From an uncultured Coriobacteriia bacterium (GTDB lineage Bacteria > Actinomycetota > Coriobacteriia > Coriobacteriales > QAMH01): a DNA stretch of 64,000 nt. A program made the translations under genes and the position numbers. The DNA lies in NCBI GenBank assembly GCA_902475535.1, contig CABRZR010000002.1, forward strand, positions 2,124 to 66,123. The letters run 5' to 3'. Below are positions 47,023-56,262 of this stretch, in pieces; position 1 is the stretch's first letter, and each line of letters starts with the position of its first letter. Under the pieces are notes generated by a model. The model was not told where the DNA came from. It saw only the letters and a program-made list of their open reading frames with translations, and did not search any database.

Positions 47023-47130
47023 GGGGAGGTGACAGGGGGACGGGGGACAGTGGGGACGGGGTTTCTGTCACGTCCATGGACGTGACAGAAACCCCGTCCC
47101 CACTGTCCCCCGTCCCCCTGTCACCTCCCC
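47023..47130. repeat. perfect 108-bp palindrome with G-quadruplex motifs on both strands
   Basis: Every position p pairs with 94153-p from 47023 to 47130, centred on CCATGG at 47074-47079. The left arm contains G5-AC-G5-ACAGT-G4-AC-G4 (47035-47061). The right arm is its exact complement. Confidence 0.95.
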
Positions 47131-47133
47131 ACC

Positions 47134-47160
47134 TTGCCACGCTCCTTCATCGGGTACAAT
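47134..47160 (+). promoter_or_regulatory. candidate promoter of the DUF47 gene
   Basis: TTGCCA (47134-47139) and TACAAT (47155-47160). The spacer is only 15 nt, so this is tentative. The -35 abuts the palindrome edge. Confidence 0.3.
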
Positions 47161-47191
47161 ATATCTTCGCAATCCGAGAAAGGTGGATGTG

Positions 47192-47860
47192 ATGGCACGC
47201 AAGCAAAAGTTTGACTACTTCGAGGCGTTCGTGGAAATCGGCAACTGCGCCGTCGAATATGCCGATGCCCTTGTCGATTATCTGACGAGTCACTATGACG
47301 AGGAAAAGCACATGGGTGCTATCAGTCCGGCGAAAGTTCTCGAGCACTATTACGTCTTGCATGCGATCGAGGAGAAGTCCGACAGCGTCGTTCAAGCCAT
47401 CACCGAGAACCTCATCCTCGAGTTCATCGCACCTATCGAGCGTGAGGACATCCTCGAGCTTGCCGATGAGCTCGATACGGTGGTTGACGAGCTCGACGAT
47501 GTCTTGCAGCGTATCTACATGCACAACATCACCGTCATCACGCCAGAGATCATCGAGATGATTCACATCGTGCAGAAGACGACCCATGCCCTTCAGGCTG
47601 CCTGCGACAAGTTCACCCACTTCAAGAAGTCGAAATCCATCAAGGACTACATCACGGAGATCCATAAGTACGAGGACGAAGGCGACCGCGTCTACATCGA
47701 GTCTGTGCATCAGATCTACAAGAAGGCCGAGGAAGACAAGTTCGAGCACGCGCTCTTCGCCGTCGGCCTCTACGGTGTGCTCTCCGCACTCGAGAAGTGC
47801 TGCGACGCATGCGAGACCGCGGGCGACATCATGGTCGCCGTGCGCCTCAAGAACTCCTAG
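47192..47860 (+). CDS. DUF47 (PhoU-like, TIGR00153-type) protein
   Basis: MARKQKFDYFEAF...IEREDILELADELDTVVDELDDV...YEDEGDRVY... are typical DUF47 helices. ATG 47192 lies 5 nt after AAGGTGG. Confidence 0.8.
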   Translation: MARKQKFDYFEAFVEIGNCAVEYADALVDYLTSHYDEEKHMGAISPAKVLEHYYVLHAIEEKSDSVVQAITENLILEFIAPIEREDILELADELDTVVDELDDVLQRIYMHNITVITPEIIEMIHIVQKTTHALQAACDKFTHFKKSKSIKDYITEIHKYEDEGDRVYIESVHQIYKKAEEDKFEHALFAVGLYGVLSALEKCCDACETAGDIMVAVRLKNS

Positions 47861-47964
47861 ATACAGCACATATATCAATTGATGACAAATGCGCTACGGA
47901 ACAGCGCACGCCTGTGAACTGGGGTACAATGCTCCATTGTCGTGCGTCTTGACGTGCGATGCAT

Positions 47965-48049
47965 GCGGGCGTGGCGGAACTGGCAGACGCGCTGGATTTA
48001 GGTTCCAGTGGAGCAATCCGTGAAGGTTCGAGTCCTTTCGCCCGCACCA
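47965..48049 (+). tRNA. tRNA-Leu (anticodon TAG), CCA encoded
   Basis: Hand-folded. Acceptor GCGGGCG/CGCCCGC, anticodon stem CTGGA/TCCAG with loop TT-TAG-GT, long variable arm, T-loop GGTTCGAGTCC, 3' ACCA. Confidence 0.9.
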
Positions 48050-48111
48050 CAGACCGAAGCGCCTCGGCGCATTCTAAGGGCGCCATGATGGCGAGGAATT
48101 TTGGAGGAACG

Positions 48112-49401
48112 TTGGAAGTCACGACGAGCACCCGCGAGGACGGCAAGACGCAGGTCACCGTTCACATGACTGCAGATGAAGTCAAGAAGCATATCGACAA
48201 GGCATTCAAGGACTTTTCGAAGACCCGCATCCCGGGCTTCCGCGCAGGCAAGGCGCCGCGCAAGGTCATCGAGCAGAACTTCGGCGGACATAACGCAGTC
48301 TATGCTCAGATCACTTCTGACATGATCAACGATGTCGCCCCGCGCGCCATCGACGAGCAAGACATCATCTTCATCGGCGATCCCGAGTTCGACGAGAACG
48401 ACCTCGCGGCTGATGGCGAGGACTACGAGTTCACGATGTTCGGCGATATCAAGCCGAGCGTCGAGCTCGATTCCTACGATCCCGTCGAGATCAAGATGCC
48501 CTCCGAGGAAGCCACCCAGGAGGACGTCGACATTCAGCTCCATGCCCTGCAGGATTACTACAATAACTTCGAGACGGTCGAGCGCGCCGCCAAGGACGGC
48601 GACTTCGTGATGATCAAGCTCGCGTCTACGGCCGATGGTGCGTCCATCGATGCCCTCACGAACGAGAGCCACCTAGTCGAGATTGGCGGCCCGATGATGC
48701 CGCAAGAGCTCACCGAGCAGCTCGTCGGCATGAAGGCGGGCGATGAGAAGGAGTTCGATTTCACGACGGAGTTTGACCCCAGCCTCGCCGGCAAGACCAT
48801 TCACACCACCGTCACCGTCAAGGAAGTCCGCGAGAAGGAGACGCCGGAGCTTGACGACGAATTCGCCAAGAAGGTCGGCTTCGACACCTTCGACGAGCTC
48901 GTGGAGCAGCTCAAGAACGAGATCACCAGCACCAAGGCCGAGCAGCTGCCGCGCCTCAAGGAGAGCCGCTGCGTGACCGAGCTTTCGCGTCGCATCAAGG
49001 GTGACATCCCCGATGCCTATCTCGATTACACGCGCGAGAACATCCTGCGTGACTTCTTCAACAGCCTGCAGGAGCAGGGCACCACGTTCGACCAGTTCCT
49101 GTCGAGCCGTGGCATCACGGGCGAGCAGTTCAGGGAGGACCTCGAGGCGCAGTCGCGCGAGGAGGCCGAGGAGTGCCTGGCGCTCGACGCACTGTTCGCG
49201 CATCTCGACATGAGCATCGGCGAGGAGGACATCGAGAAGGAGTTCAGCGTCGCCAACAATCCAGAGGCCACGCGCAAGGCGTGGGAGGACGCTGGCCGCA
49301 TGTCTATCATCCGCGAGGCCATTAGGCGTCAGCGTGCCACCAAGTGGTTGGTGGATAACGCAGTCGTTACCATCGACAATGGCACGGATGACGAGGCGTA
49401 A
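48112..49401 (+). CDS. tig: trigger factor
   Basis: (M)EVTTSTREDGKTQVTVHMTADEVKKHIDKAFKDFSKTRIPGFRAGKAPRKVIE... TTG 48112 lies after GGAGGAA. ATG 48085/48088 are alternatives. The track start at 47959 overlaps the tRNA. Confidence 0.9.
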   Translation: MEVTTSTREDGKTQVTVHMTADEVKKHIDKAFKDFSKTRIPGFRAGKAPRKVIEQNFGGHNAVYAQITSDMINDVAPRAIDEQDIIFIGDPEFDENDLAADGEDYEFTMFGDIKPSVELDSYDPVEIKMPSEEATQEDVDIQLHALQDYYNNFETVERAAKDGDFVMIKLASTADGASIDALTNESHLVEIGGPMMPQELTEQLVGMKAGDEKEFDFTTEFDPSLAGKTIHTTVTVKEVREKETPELDDEFAKKVGFDTFDELVEQLKNEITSTKAEQLPRLKESRCVTELSRRIKGDIPDAYLDYTRENILRDFFNSLQEQGTTFDQFLSSRGITGEQFREDLEAQSREEAEECLALDALFAHLDMSIGEEDIEKEFSVANNPEATRKAWEDAGRMSIIREAIRRQRATKWLVDNAVVTIDNGTDDEA

Positions 49402-49461
49402 GACGAGATATAAGTCGCGATGCTGTTCAAGGGCATTCGCACCTAGTAGTGAGGAATAAAC

Positions 49462-50103
49462 ATGAATATCATCCAGCCCGCATCTGATACGCTCATCCCC
49501 TATGTCGTGGAGCAGTCGCCGCGCGGCGAACGCAGCTACGACATCTATTCGCGTCTGCTCAACGATCGCGTCATCTTCCTCGGCGAGGAAGTCACCGACG
49601 CGTCGGCCAATACCGTCATTGCGCAGCTTTTGCATCTCGAGAGCGTCGATCCCGACAAGGACATCTCGCTCTACATCAATTCGCCCGGCGGATCGGTGAG
49701 CGCCGGCCTGGCCATCTACGACACCATGCAGTTCATCAAGCCGGACGTGAGCACCATCTGCATCGGCATGGCGGCCTCCATGGGCGCGGTGCTGCTGGCG
49801 GCAGGTGCGCCCGGCAAGCGTTTCGCGCTGCCCAATTCCACCGTCATGATTCACCAGCCGTCCGGTGGCGCGCAGGGCAAGGAGACCGATATCCAGATCA
49901 TGGCCGAGTTCATGCGCAAGACGCGCGAGCAGCTCAACGAGATTCTCTCTGCCCATACGGGTCAGCCCATCGAGACCATCCGCGAGGACACCGAGAAGGA
50001 CAATTTCATGACCGCCGAGGAGGCCAAGGCATACGGCCTGGTCGATGACGTGGTCAAGTCCCGTGCCGCTGCCAAGCTCGACGAAGAAGTGAAGAAGGAC
50101 TAA
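49462..50103 (+). CDS. clpP: ATP-dependent Clp protease proteolytic subunit
   Basis: ...[19 protein letters not shown]...[11 protein letters not shown]... (catalytic Ser context), ...MIHQP... Confidence 0.97.
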   Translation: MNIIQPASDTLIPYVVEQSPRGERSYDIYSRLLNDRVIFLGEEVTDASANTVIAQLLHLESVDPDKDISLYINSPGGSVSAGLAIYDTMQFIKPDVSTICIGMAASMGAVLLAAGAPGKRFALPNSTVMIHQPSGGAQGKETDIQIMAEFMRKTREQLNEILSAHTGQPIETIREDTEKDNFMTAEEAKAYGLVDDVVKSRAAAKLDEEVKKD

Positions 50104-50107
50104 GCAC

Positions 50108-51406
50108 ATGGCGGAAGGACCACATGGATTTGACGGTAAGCTGCGCTGCTCGTTTTGCGGCAAGACCCAGAACGAGGTAGACAAGCTTATCGCCGGCGAA
50201 GGCGTTTACATTTGCAATGAGTGCGTCAAGCTCTGCACCGATATCATCGACGAGGAAGACGCCAGCATACGGGGCGAGGAGCTACCCGCCGCAACCGGGC
50301 GCTCCGAGGGCCTCATCACGCTCGAGACCCTGCCGACGCCCATCGAGATCCATGATGAACTTTCGCAGTACGTCATAGGCCAGGAGGACGCCAAGAAGGC
50401 GCTCTCCGTGGCCGTCTACAACCACTACAAGCGCGTCGCCCTGGGGCTTGGCTCTGACGATGACGAGGTCGAGCTCGCCAAGAGCAACATCATGCTGCTT
50501 GGCCCCACGGGCTGCGGCAAGACGCTGCTTGCCCAGACGCTCGCGCGCATCCTTGACGTGCCCTTTGCCATCGCCGATGCCACGGCACTCACCGAGGCTG
50601 GCTACGTGGGCGAGGACGTCGAGAACATCCTGCTCAAGCTTATCACTGCGGCAGATAATGACATCGATCGCGCTCAGGTGGGCATCGTCTACATCGACGA
50701 GATCGACAAGATCGCCCGCAAGGCCGAGAACCTCTCGATTACGCGCGATGTCTCGGGTGAGGGCGTGCAGCAGGCCCTCCTCAAGATCATCGAGGGCACT
50801 GACGCCGCCGTGCCGCCTACGGGCGGACGCAAGCATCCGCAGCAGGAGCTCATTCACATCGACACCACCAACATCCTGTTCATCTTGGGCGGTGCCTTCG
50901 TCGGTCTCGACAAGATCATCGGCGAGCGCATCGGCAAGCGCGGCGTGGGCTTCAATTCGGAAGTCGCCAAGCCGCATGCCGAAGAGTCGTCCGAGCTCCT
51001 TCAGAAGGTTCTTCCCGAAGACCTCAACAGCTTCGGCCTTATTCCGGAGTTTGTGGGCCGCATTCCCGTCATCACCTCCGTTCAGGAGCTTGGAGAGGAT
51101 GACCTCGTCCGCATTTTGACCGAGCCCAAAAACGCGCTCGTCAAGCAGTACCAGCGCATGTTCAGCTTCGATAACGTCAAGCTCACCTTCGAGGAAGCTG
51201 CGCTGCATGCCATCGCGCAGCTGGCCATCGAGCGCGGCACGGGCGCTCGCGGCTTGCGCTCCATCTGCGAGAGTATCCTGCAGGACACGATGTACGAGCT
51301 GCCGAGCACCGATGACGTGGCCGAAGTCATCGTCACCGAAAATTGCGTGCGCGCGGATGAAGAACCTGAGGTCGTGCTGCGCGCGACGAGCCAATTCGTG
51401 GCATAA
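50108..51406 (+). CDS. clpX: ATP-dependent Clp protease ATP-binding subunit ClpX
   Basis: N-terminal zinc motif CSFCGK...CNEC, Walker [12 protein letters not shown], and IVYIDEIDK. Confidence 0.98.
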   Translation: MAEGPHGFDGKLRCSFCGKTQNEVDKLIAGEGVYICNECVKLCTDIIDEEDASIRGEELPAATGRSEGLITLETLPTPIEIHDELSQYVIGQEDAKKALSVAVYNHYKRVALGLGSDDDEVELAKSNIMLLGPTGCGKTLLAQTLARILDVPFAIADATALTEAGYVGEDVENILLKLITAADNDIDRAQVGIVYIDEIDKIARKAENLSITRDVSGEGVQQALLKIIEGTDAAVPPTGGRKHPQQELIHIDTTNILFILGGAFVGLDKIIGERIGKRGVGFNSEVAKPHAEESSELLQKVLPEDLNSFGLIPEFVGRIPVITSVQELGEDDLVRILTEPKNALVKQYQRMFSFDNVKLTFEEAALHAIAQLAIERGTGARGLRSICESILQDTMYELPSTDDVAEVIVTENCVRADEEPEVVLRATSQFVA

Positions 51407-51445
51407 AAGACGACGAATATCAGATCAAGACAAAAGGATACGAAC

Positions 51446-54133
51446 ATGCCCGAGATGCCCAAGACCTATGACGTGGCGAGTGTCGAGGAGCGCATACTCC
51501 AGAAGTGGCTGGATGGCAAATACTACGCGCGCTCCAAGGGGGAGGGGGACCGTACGGTCGTCATTCCTCCGCCCAACGTGACGGGCATGCTGCACATGGG
51601 CCACGCGCTCGATGACACGATTCAGGACACCTATATTCGCTACAGCCGCATGAACGGCTACTCCACGCGCTGGATCCTGGGCACCGACCACGCGGGCATC
51701 GCCACGCAGACCAAGGTCGACAAGAAACTCAAGAGCGAAGGCATCTCGCGCCTCGAGATTGGCCGCGAGGCGTTCCTCGAGGAGTGCCAGAAATGGCGCG
51801 ACGAGTACGGCGGCATCATCGTCGAGCAGATCAAGCGCATGGGTTGCTCCATCGATTTCGACGACGAGAAGTTCACGATGTCGCCGGAGTACGCGAAGGC
51901 CGTGCGCAAGGTCTTTTGCGATTGGTATCACGACGACCTCATCTATCGCGGCAAGCGCATCGTCAACTGGTGTCCGAGCTGCACGACGGCCATTTCGGAT
52001 GACGAGGCCGAGTACCAGGACGAGAAGGGCCATCTGTGGCATCTGCGCTATCCGCTTGTCGAGCCGGTCGATGGCATCGAGTACATCACCGTTGCCACGA
52101 CGCGTCCTGAGACGATGCTCGGCGATACGGGCATTGCCGTCTCGCCCGATGATCCGGACAAGCAGAAGTTCGTGGGCAAGATGGTCAGGCTTCCCATTGT
52201 CGACCGCGAGATCCCGATCTTCTCCGATTGGCATGTCGATGCGGGCTTTGGCACGGGCTTCGTCAAGGTGACGCCCGCGCATGACCCCAACGACTACGCC
52301 ATGGGCCAGGCGCATGACCTCCCGCAGATCAACATCTTCGACGAGCATGCCGTCGTCGTCGATGGCTACGGCGAGTTCACGGGCATGACGCGCGATGAGT
52401 GCCGCGAGGCCGTCGTCGCGTGGTTCGAGGAGCACGACCTGCTCGATCACGTGGAAGACCACGAGCACTCCGTCATGCATTGCTACCGCTGCGACTCGAC
52501 GCTCGAACCTTGGCTCTCCGAGCAGTGGTTCGTTGCCGTCGACAAGCTCAAGGGTCCCGCAACCGATGTCGTTGCCGATGGGCAGGTCACCTTCCATCCG
52601 CAGCGCTGGACGCAGACCTACATGACCTGGATGGAGAACCTCAAGGATTGGTGCATCTCGCGTCAGCTCTGGTGGGGTCATCGCATCCCCGTCTTCCATT
52701 GCGCAAAATGCGGTTGGGAAGATGCGCTCATGGAAGACACGGACGTCTGTCCCGTATGCGGCAGTCATGAGGTGCACCAGGAGGAGGACGTGCTCGACAC
52801 GTGGTTCTCGAGCCAGCTGTGGACCTTTGCCACGCAGGGCTGGCCCGACCACCCCGAGGAGCTCGTCGGCCATCATCCCACCAAGGTGCTCGTGACCGCG
52901 CGTGACATCATTGCGCTGTGGGTCGCCCGCATGATCATGAGCTCGCTGTACTTCCTGGACGAGATTCCCTTCGAGGATGTCTTCATCTACGCCACCATCT
53001 TGGCCAAGGACGGAAGTCGCATGTCGAAGTCCAAGGGCAACGGCGTCGATCCGATGGACCTCATTGCCATGTACGGCGCCGATGCGATGCGCTTCAACCT
53101 GCTTACGCTCGTCACCAATAACCAGGATGTCAAGTTCGATGCCAACATCGACAAGAAGACCCATGAGCTCATCGATTCCCCGCGCACCGAAGCCGCGCGG
53201 TCCTTCGTCACCAAGATCTGGAACGCGGCACGCTTCGTCATGCTCAACATGGATGGTTACGAGCCGGGCGAGCCCCAGGCGGCGACGGCTGCCGATGCGT
53301 GGATTCTCTCGCGTCTGGCCAAGCTTACGGCATCCGTCACGGCCGGTATCGAGGAGTATCGCTTTGGTGACATCGCCCGTGAGCTCTACGCGTTCTTCTG
53401 GAACGAGTTCTGCGACTGGTACATCGAGCTGTGCAAGGCACGCCTCGCGCAGGAGGGCGAGGCTCGTCTGGCCGCGCAGCGCAATCTCGTCTTCGTGCTC
53501 GACAGCGCCCTGCGCCTGCTGCACCCGGTCATGCCCTTCGTCACCGAGGCCATTTGGGAGTACCTGCCCGTCGAGGACGATGCTCCGGCGCTCATGGTCG
53601 CCTCTTGGCCCGATGCGGGAGAGCTTTCGCGCTGGATCGACGATGAGGCCGAGCAGGCCATCCAGCTCGTCGTGCAGCTCGTCACCTCAGTGCGCGCCAC
53701 GCGTGCTGCCTATGGCATTAGCCCACGCCAGGAGCTTGCCGTGGCCCTGCGCTTCGCGGATGACGATGAGAAGGCTGTCGCCGAGCGCACGCTCGTCGAG
53801 CAACAGCGCGATCTCATCATGGCGCTCGCCAAACTGTCGAGCCTTGATATTCTCGAGGCGGGCGCTCCGCGCCCTGCCGAGAGCGGCATCGATTTCGTGG
53901 GTGATATCGAGGTGTACACCGCGCTGTCCGGTTTGGTCGATTTTGCCGAGGAGCGCAAGAGGCTTGAGACGCGTCGCGCCAAGGCTCTCAAGGAGCTCGA
54001 GAAGCTCGACAAGAAGCTTGGCAACCAGAACTTCCTCGACAAAGCCGCACCCGAGGCCGTCGAGAAGGTCCGCACCGAGCACGCCGAGCTCACCCAAGAG
54101 CTCAAGCTCATCAAGGCGCAGCTCGAGGAGTAG
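51446..54133 (+). CDS. valS: valine--tRNA ligase
   Basis: 895 aa. HIGH-type PPNVTGMLHMGH, KMSKS (SRMSKSKGN), C-terminal coiled coil. Confidence 0.98.
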   Translation: MPEMPKTYDVASVEERILQKWLDGKYYARSKGEGDRTVVIPPPNVTGMLHMGHALDDTIQDTYIRYSRMNGYSTRWILGTDHAGIATQTKVDKKLKSEGISRLEIGREAFLEECQKWRDEYGGIIVEQIKRMGCSIDFDDEKFTMSPEYAKAVRKVFCDWYHDDLIYRGKRIVNWCPSCTTAISDDEAEYQDEKGHLWHLRYPLVEPVDGIEYITVATTRPETMLGDTGIAVSPDDPDKQKFVGKMVRLPIVDREIPIFSDWHVDAGFGTGFVKVTPAHDPNDYAMGQAHDLPQINIFDEHAVVVDGYGEFTGMTRDECREAVVAWFEEHDLLDHVEDHEHSVMHCYRCDSTLEPWLSEQWFVAVDKLKGPATDVVADGQVTFHPQRWTQTYMTWMENLKDWCISRQLWWGHRIPVFHCAKCGWEDALMEDTDVCPVCGSHEVHQEEDVLDTWFSSQLWTFATQGWPDHPEELVGHHPTKVLVTARDIIALWVARMIMSSLYFLDEIPFEDVFIYATILAKDGSRMSKSKGNGVDPMDLIAMYGADAMRFNLLTLVTNNQDVKFDANIDKKTHELIDSPRTEAARSFVTKIWNAARFVMLNMDGYEPGEPQAATAADAWILSRLAKLTASVTAGIEEYRFGDIARELYAFFWNEFCDWYIELCKARLAQEGEARLAAQRNLVFVLDSALRLLHPVMPFVTEAIWEYLPVEDDAPALMVASWPDAGELSRWIDDEAEQAIQLVVQLVTSVRATRAAYGISPRQELAVALRFADDDEKAVAERTLVEQQRDLIMALAKLSSLDILEAGAPRPAESGIDFVGDIEVYTALSGLVDFAEERKRLETRRAKALKELEKLDKKLGNQNFLDKAAPEAVEKVRTEHAELTQELKLIKAQLEE

Positions 54134-54151
54134 CAACAGTTTCGAAAGGGG

Positions 54152-54742
54152 ATGGCCGTGAAGAAGATCCTGTATGTGGATGCCTGCGTCAATCGTGACA
54201 CCTCGCGCACCGAGCGGCTCGCCCAGGCGCTTCTCGAGCGTCTGGATGGTCCGGATGTCGAGATCGAGACGCTCGTGCTCGAGGATGAGAAGAGCCTGCT
54301 GCCCCTCACGGGCGAGCTTTCCAATGAGCGCATGACGTGGTCAAAGGCCGGTGATTTCGATCACCCCGTCTTCGATTACGCGAAGCAGTTTGCCGAGGTC
54401 GACGAGGTCGTCTTCGCGGCACCGTACTGGGACTTCTCGTTCCCCGCTCTGTTGAAGATCTACTTCGAGTTGCTTTGTGCCCAAGGCGTGACCTTCGTAT
54501 ACAGCCCCGAGGGCATTCCCACGGGCATGTGCAATGCCAAGCGCGCGTATTTCGTCACGACCGTCGGTGGATACAGTGGTGACTGGGACTATGGCTATGA
54601 TCAGGTCAAGGCCCTGTGCCAGCTCTACTTTGGCATCGAGGACGTGCGTTGCTTCAGGGCCGAGGGACTCGACATCATCACGAATGACCCCGAAGCCATC
54701 ATGACCGAAGCGCTCGAGGAGCTTGCCCGCGCCCAGCTCTAG
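54152..54742 (+). CDS. flavodoxin-like fold NAD(P)H-dependent oxidoreductase (azoreductase/quinone reductase-like)
   Basis: 196 aa. KILYVDACVNRDTSRTERLAQ... and ...VVFAAPYWDFSFPALLK... are typical of the Flavodoxin_2 family. Confidence 0.7.
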   Translation: MAVKKILYVDACVNRDTSRTERLAQALLERLDGPDVEIETLVLEDEKSLLPLTGELSNERMTWSKAGDFDHPVFDYAKQFAEVDEVVFAAPYWDFSFPALLKIYFELLCAQGVTFVYSPEGIPTGMCNAKRAYFVTTVGGYSGDWDYGYDQVKALCQLYFGIEDVRCFRAEGLDIITNDPEAIMTEALEELARAQL

Positions 54743-54750
54743 GAGATGGC

Positions 54751-55461
54751 ATGGACGATTACGCCAATCTTGATTACGATCGCGCGCAACGCTGCGGTTT
54801 TCCCGAGGTCATCTACGGGGCAAGCAAGACTCCCGAGCAAATCTGCGCCATCGCCGAGCAGCTGCTCGAACGTCATGGTGTCGTCGTTGCGACGCGTGTA
54901 AGCGCCCAGGCGGCCGATGTCGTATGCGAGCATATCCGCGACGCTCACTGGTTTGAACGTTCGGGTTTTCTCTTCGCCGATCGTCGCGAGCATCCCGTTG
55001 AGGGCGACACGCTCGAGGAGATTCTGAGCTGTGCCAATCGAGCTGAGGGCCAGGTGCTCGTCGTGTGCGCGGGCACGAGCGACATGAACATCGCCGAAGA
55101 GGCGGCACTTACGGCGCGACTCATGGGCTCGCGTGTGCAGCTGCTCGCCGATGTCGGTGTTGCGGGCGTGCACCGCACGCTTGCGCATGTCGATGATTTG
55201 CGTGGTGCCCATGCTATCGTCGTGGTTGCCGGCATGGAGGGGGCCCTTGCCTCGCTCGTGGCGGGCTTGGTCGATGTCCCGGTCGTGGGCGTTCCCACGA
55301 GCGTCGGTTACGGGGCGAGCTTTGGCGGCGTCACCGCGCTGCTCTCCATGCTCAACTCATGCGCAGGGGGAGTGTCGGTCGTCAACATCGACAATGGCTT
55401 TGGGGCGGGGCAAATCGCGCATCGAATCAATTGCCCACCCGAGCGTTTTCGTGATTCCTAG
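54751..55461 (+). CDS. larB: nickel-pincer cofactor biosynthesis protein LarB (PurE-like carboxylase/hydrolase)
   Basis: 236 aa. ...DYDRAQRCGFPEVIYGASKT..., VVCAGTSDMNIAEEA..., VVAGMEGALASLVAGLVDVPVVGVPTSVGYG... Confidence 0.85.
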   Translation: MDDYANLDYDRAQRCGFPEVIYGASKTPEQICAIAEQLLERHGVVVATRVSAQAADVVCEHIRDAHWFERSGFLFADRREHPVEGDTLEEILSCANRAEGQVLVVCAGTSDMNIAEEAALTARLMGSRVQLLADVGVAGVHRTLAHVDDLRGAHAIVVVAGMEGALASLVAGLVDVPVVGVPTSVGYGASFGGVTALLSMLNSCAGGVSVVNIDNGFGAGQIAHRINCPPERFRDS

Positions 55462-55466
55462 TCGCG

Positions 55467-55544
55467 CACGGGATGTGTCGAGGGGCCAGACCCCCTGGCA
55501 CATGCACATGTGCCAGGGGGTCTGGCCCCTCGACACATCCCGTG
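55467..55544. terminator. perfect 78-bp palindrome (38-nt arms, 2-nt loop) between convergent genes; bidirectional terminator candidate
   Basis: CACGGGATGTGTCGAGGGGCCAGACCCCCTGGCACATG-CA-CATGTGCCAGGGGGTCTGGCCCCTCGACACATCCCGTG. It fills the 88-nt gap between the larB stop and the stop of the minus-strand gene. No U-tract. Confidence 0.7.
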
Positions 55545-55549
55545 CTTCT

Positions 55550-55834
55550 CTACTGGTTCTTGACGAATTTGACGACGTCCTCGTTGGTGAGTCCACGTTC
55601 GGCGATGTAGCCGGTGTAAGCCCGATATGTCTTGGAGAACTTGTTACCGAACCAGCCTAGGAAGATTGCCGCTATGGCGGCGAGTATCCAGGTGATACCC
55701 GGTGCGTTCTCGATAACGTAGTTGATGACCAGGAGATAGTACACGGCTATGGCAGCCAGGCATATGACGAGCCCGACGACGAGACGTATGAGCCATTTGC
55801 GGTATTCGGCACGCTTATTTGCGGCCTCTCGCAT
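55550..55834 (-). CDS. small two-TM membrane protein
   Basis: MREAANKRAEYRKWLIRLVVGLVICLAAIAVYYLL...ILAAIAAIFLGWFG... The start is uncertain. The track ORF extends to 55966, but no good RBS was seen for either start. Confidence 0.5.
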   Translation of the reverse strand: MREAANKRAEYRKWLIRLVVGLVICLAAIAVYYLLVINYVIENAPGITWILAAIAAIFLGWFGNKFSKTYRAYTGYIAERGLTNEDVVKFVKNQ

Positions 55835-56078
55835 GATGCTCGGTTTTTGGGTCTTGCTCTTCCCCAAGGAGGGCTCCTTTTCGCGCGGCGCGACAAACGG
55901 TAGGGGAGAGTGTACACCATGTAGCTGCCTAATTCTCTGAGTATGAGGCAATCGCCGTTTGCGCAAAAAGAGCTTCTTGAAAGCAATTCTCAGTACAGTG
56001 TGCTATTCTATATGGCGATTTTGTGGAGGATATCGAAAATGCAGACGCGCGTGAGTCATCACGGCGTTCTTTTTTCCC

Positions 56079-56084
56079 TATAAT
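56079..56084 (+). promoter_or_regulatory. perfect TATAAT -10 hexamer upstream of the small zinc-ribbon ORF
   Basis: TATAAT at 56079-56084 preceded by a T-run. No convincing -35 (TCATCA at the 17-nt position). It would give a leader of about 170 nt. Confidence 0.3.
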
Positions 56085-56262
56085 CCGCAGGTCATCGTCT
56101 TCGTCTCATCCTTGATGCGAAGACGGCCTCCTATCACTTCGATGGGAGTAAACGCCGTATCGTCTGGCAGCCGCTTGTCCCTTTTGGGACGGGCATCGGT
56201 CTAGAAGGCTGACTGACGAATAGTAGGACGTCCCGTATGGGACAAAGGAAAAGGAGTTGACT

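Noticed and set aside
46988-47140. N-terminal extension of dinB back to ATG 47140 (or ATG 47077 at the palindrome centre)
   Set aside because: The extension is encoded by the G/C-run palindrome (GDRGTGDSGDG..., PSPLSPVPLSPPRPH). DinB homology starts right after M at 46987 (ILLVDLDAFFASVEQ).
46988-47146. SOS (LexA) box upstream of dinB
   Set aside because: I scanned for the actinobacterial-type TCGAAC-N4-GTTCGA and the Gram-positive CGAAC-N4-GTTCG patterns on both strands and saw none. The region is occupied by the palindrome instead.
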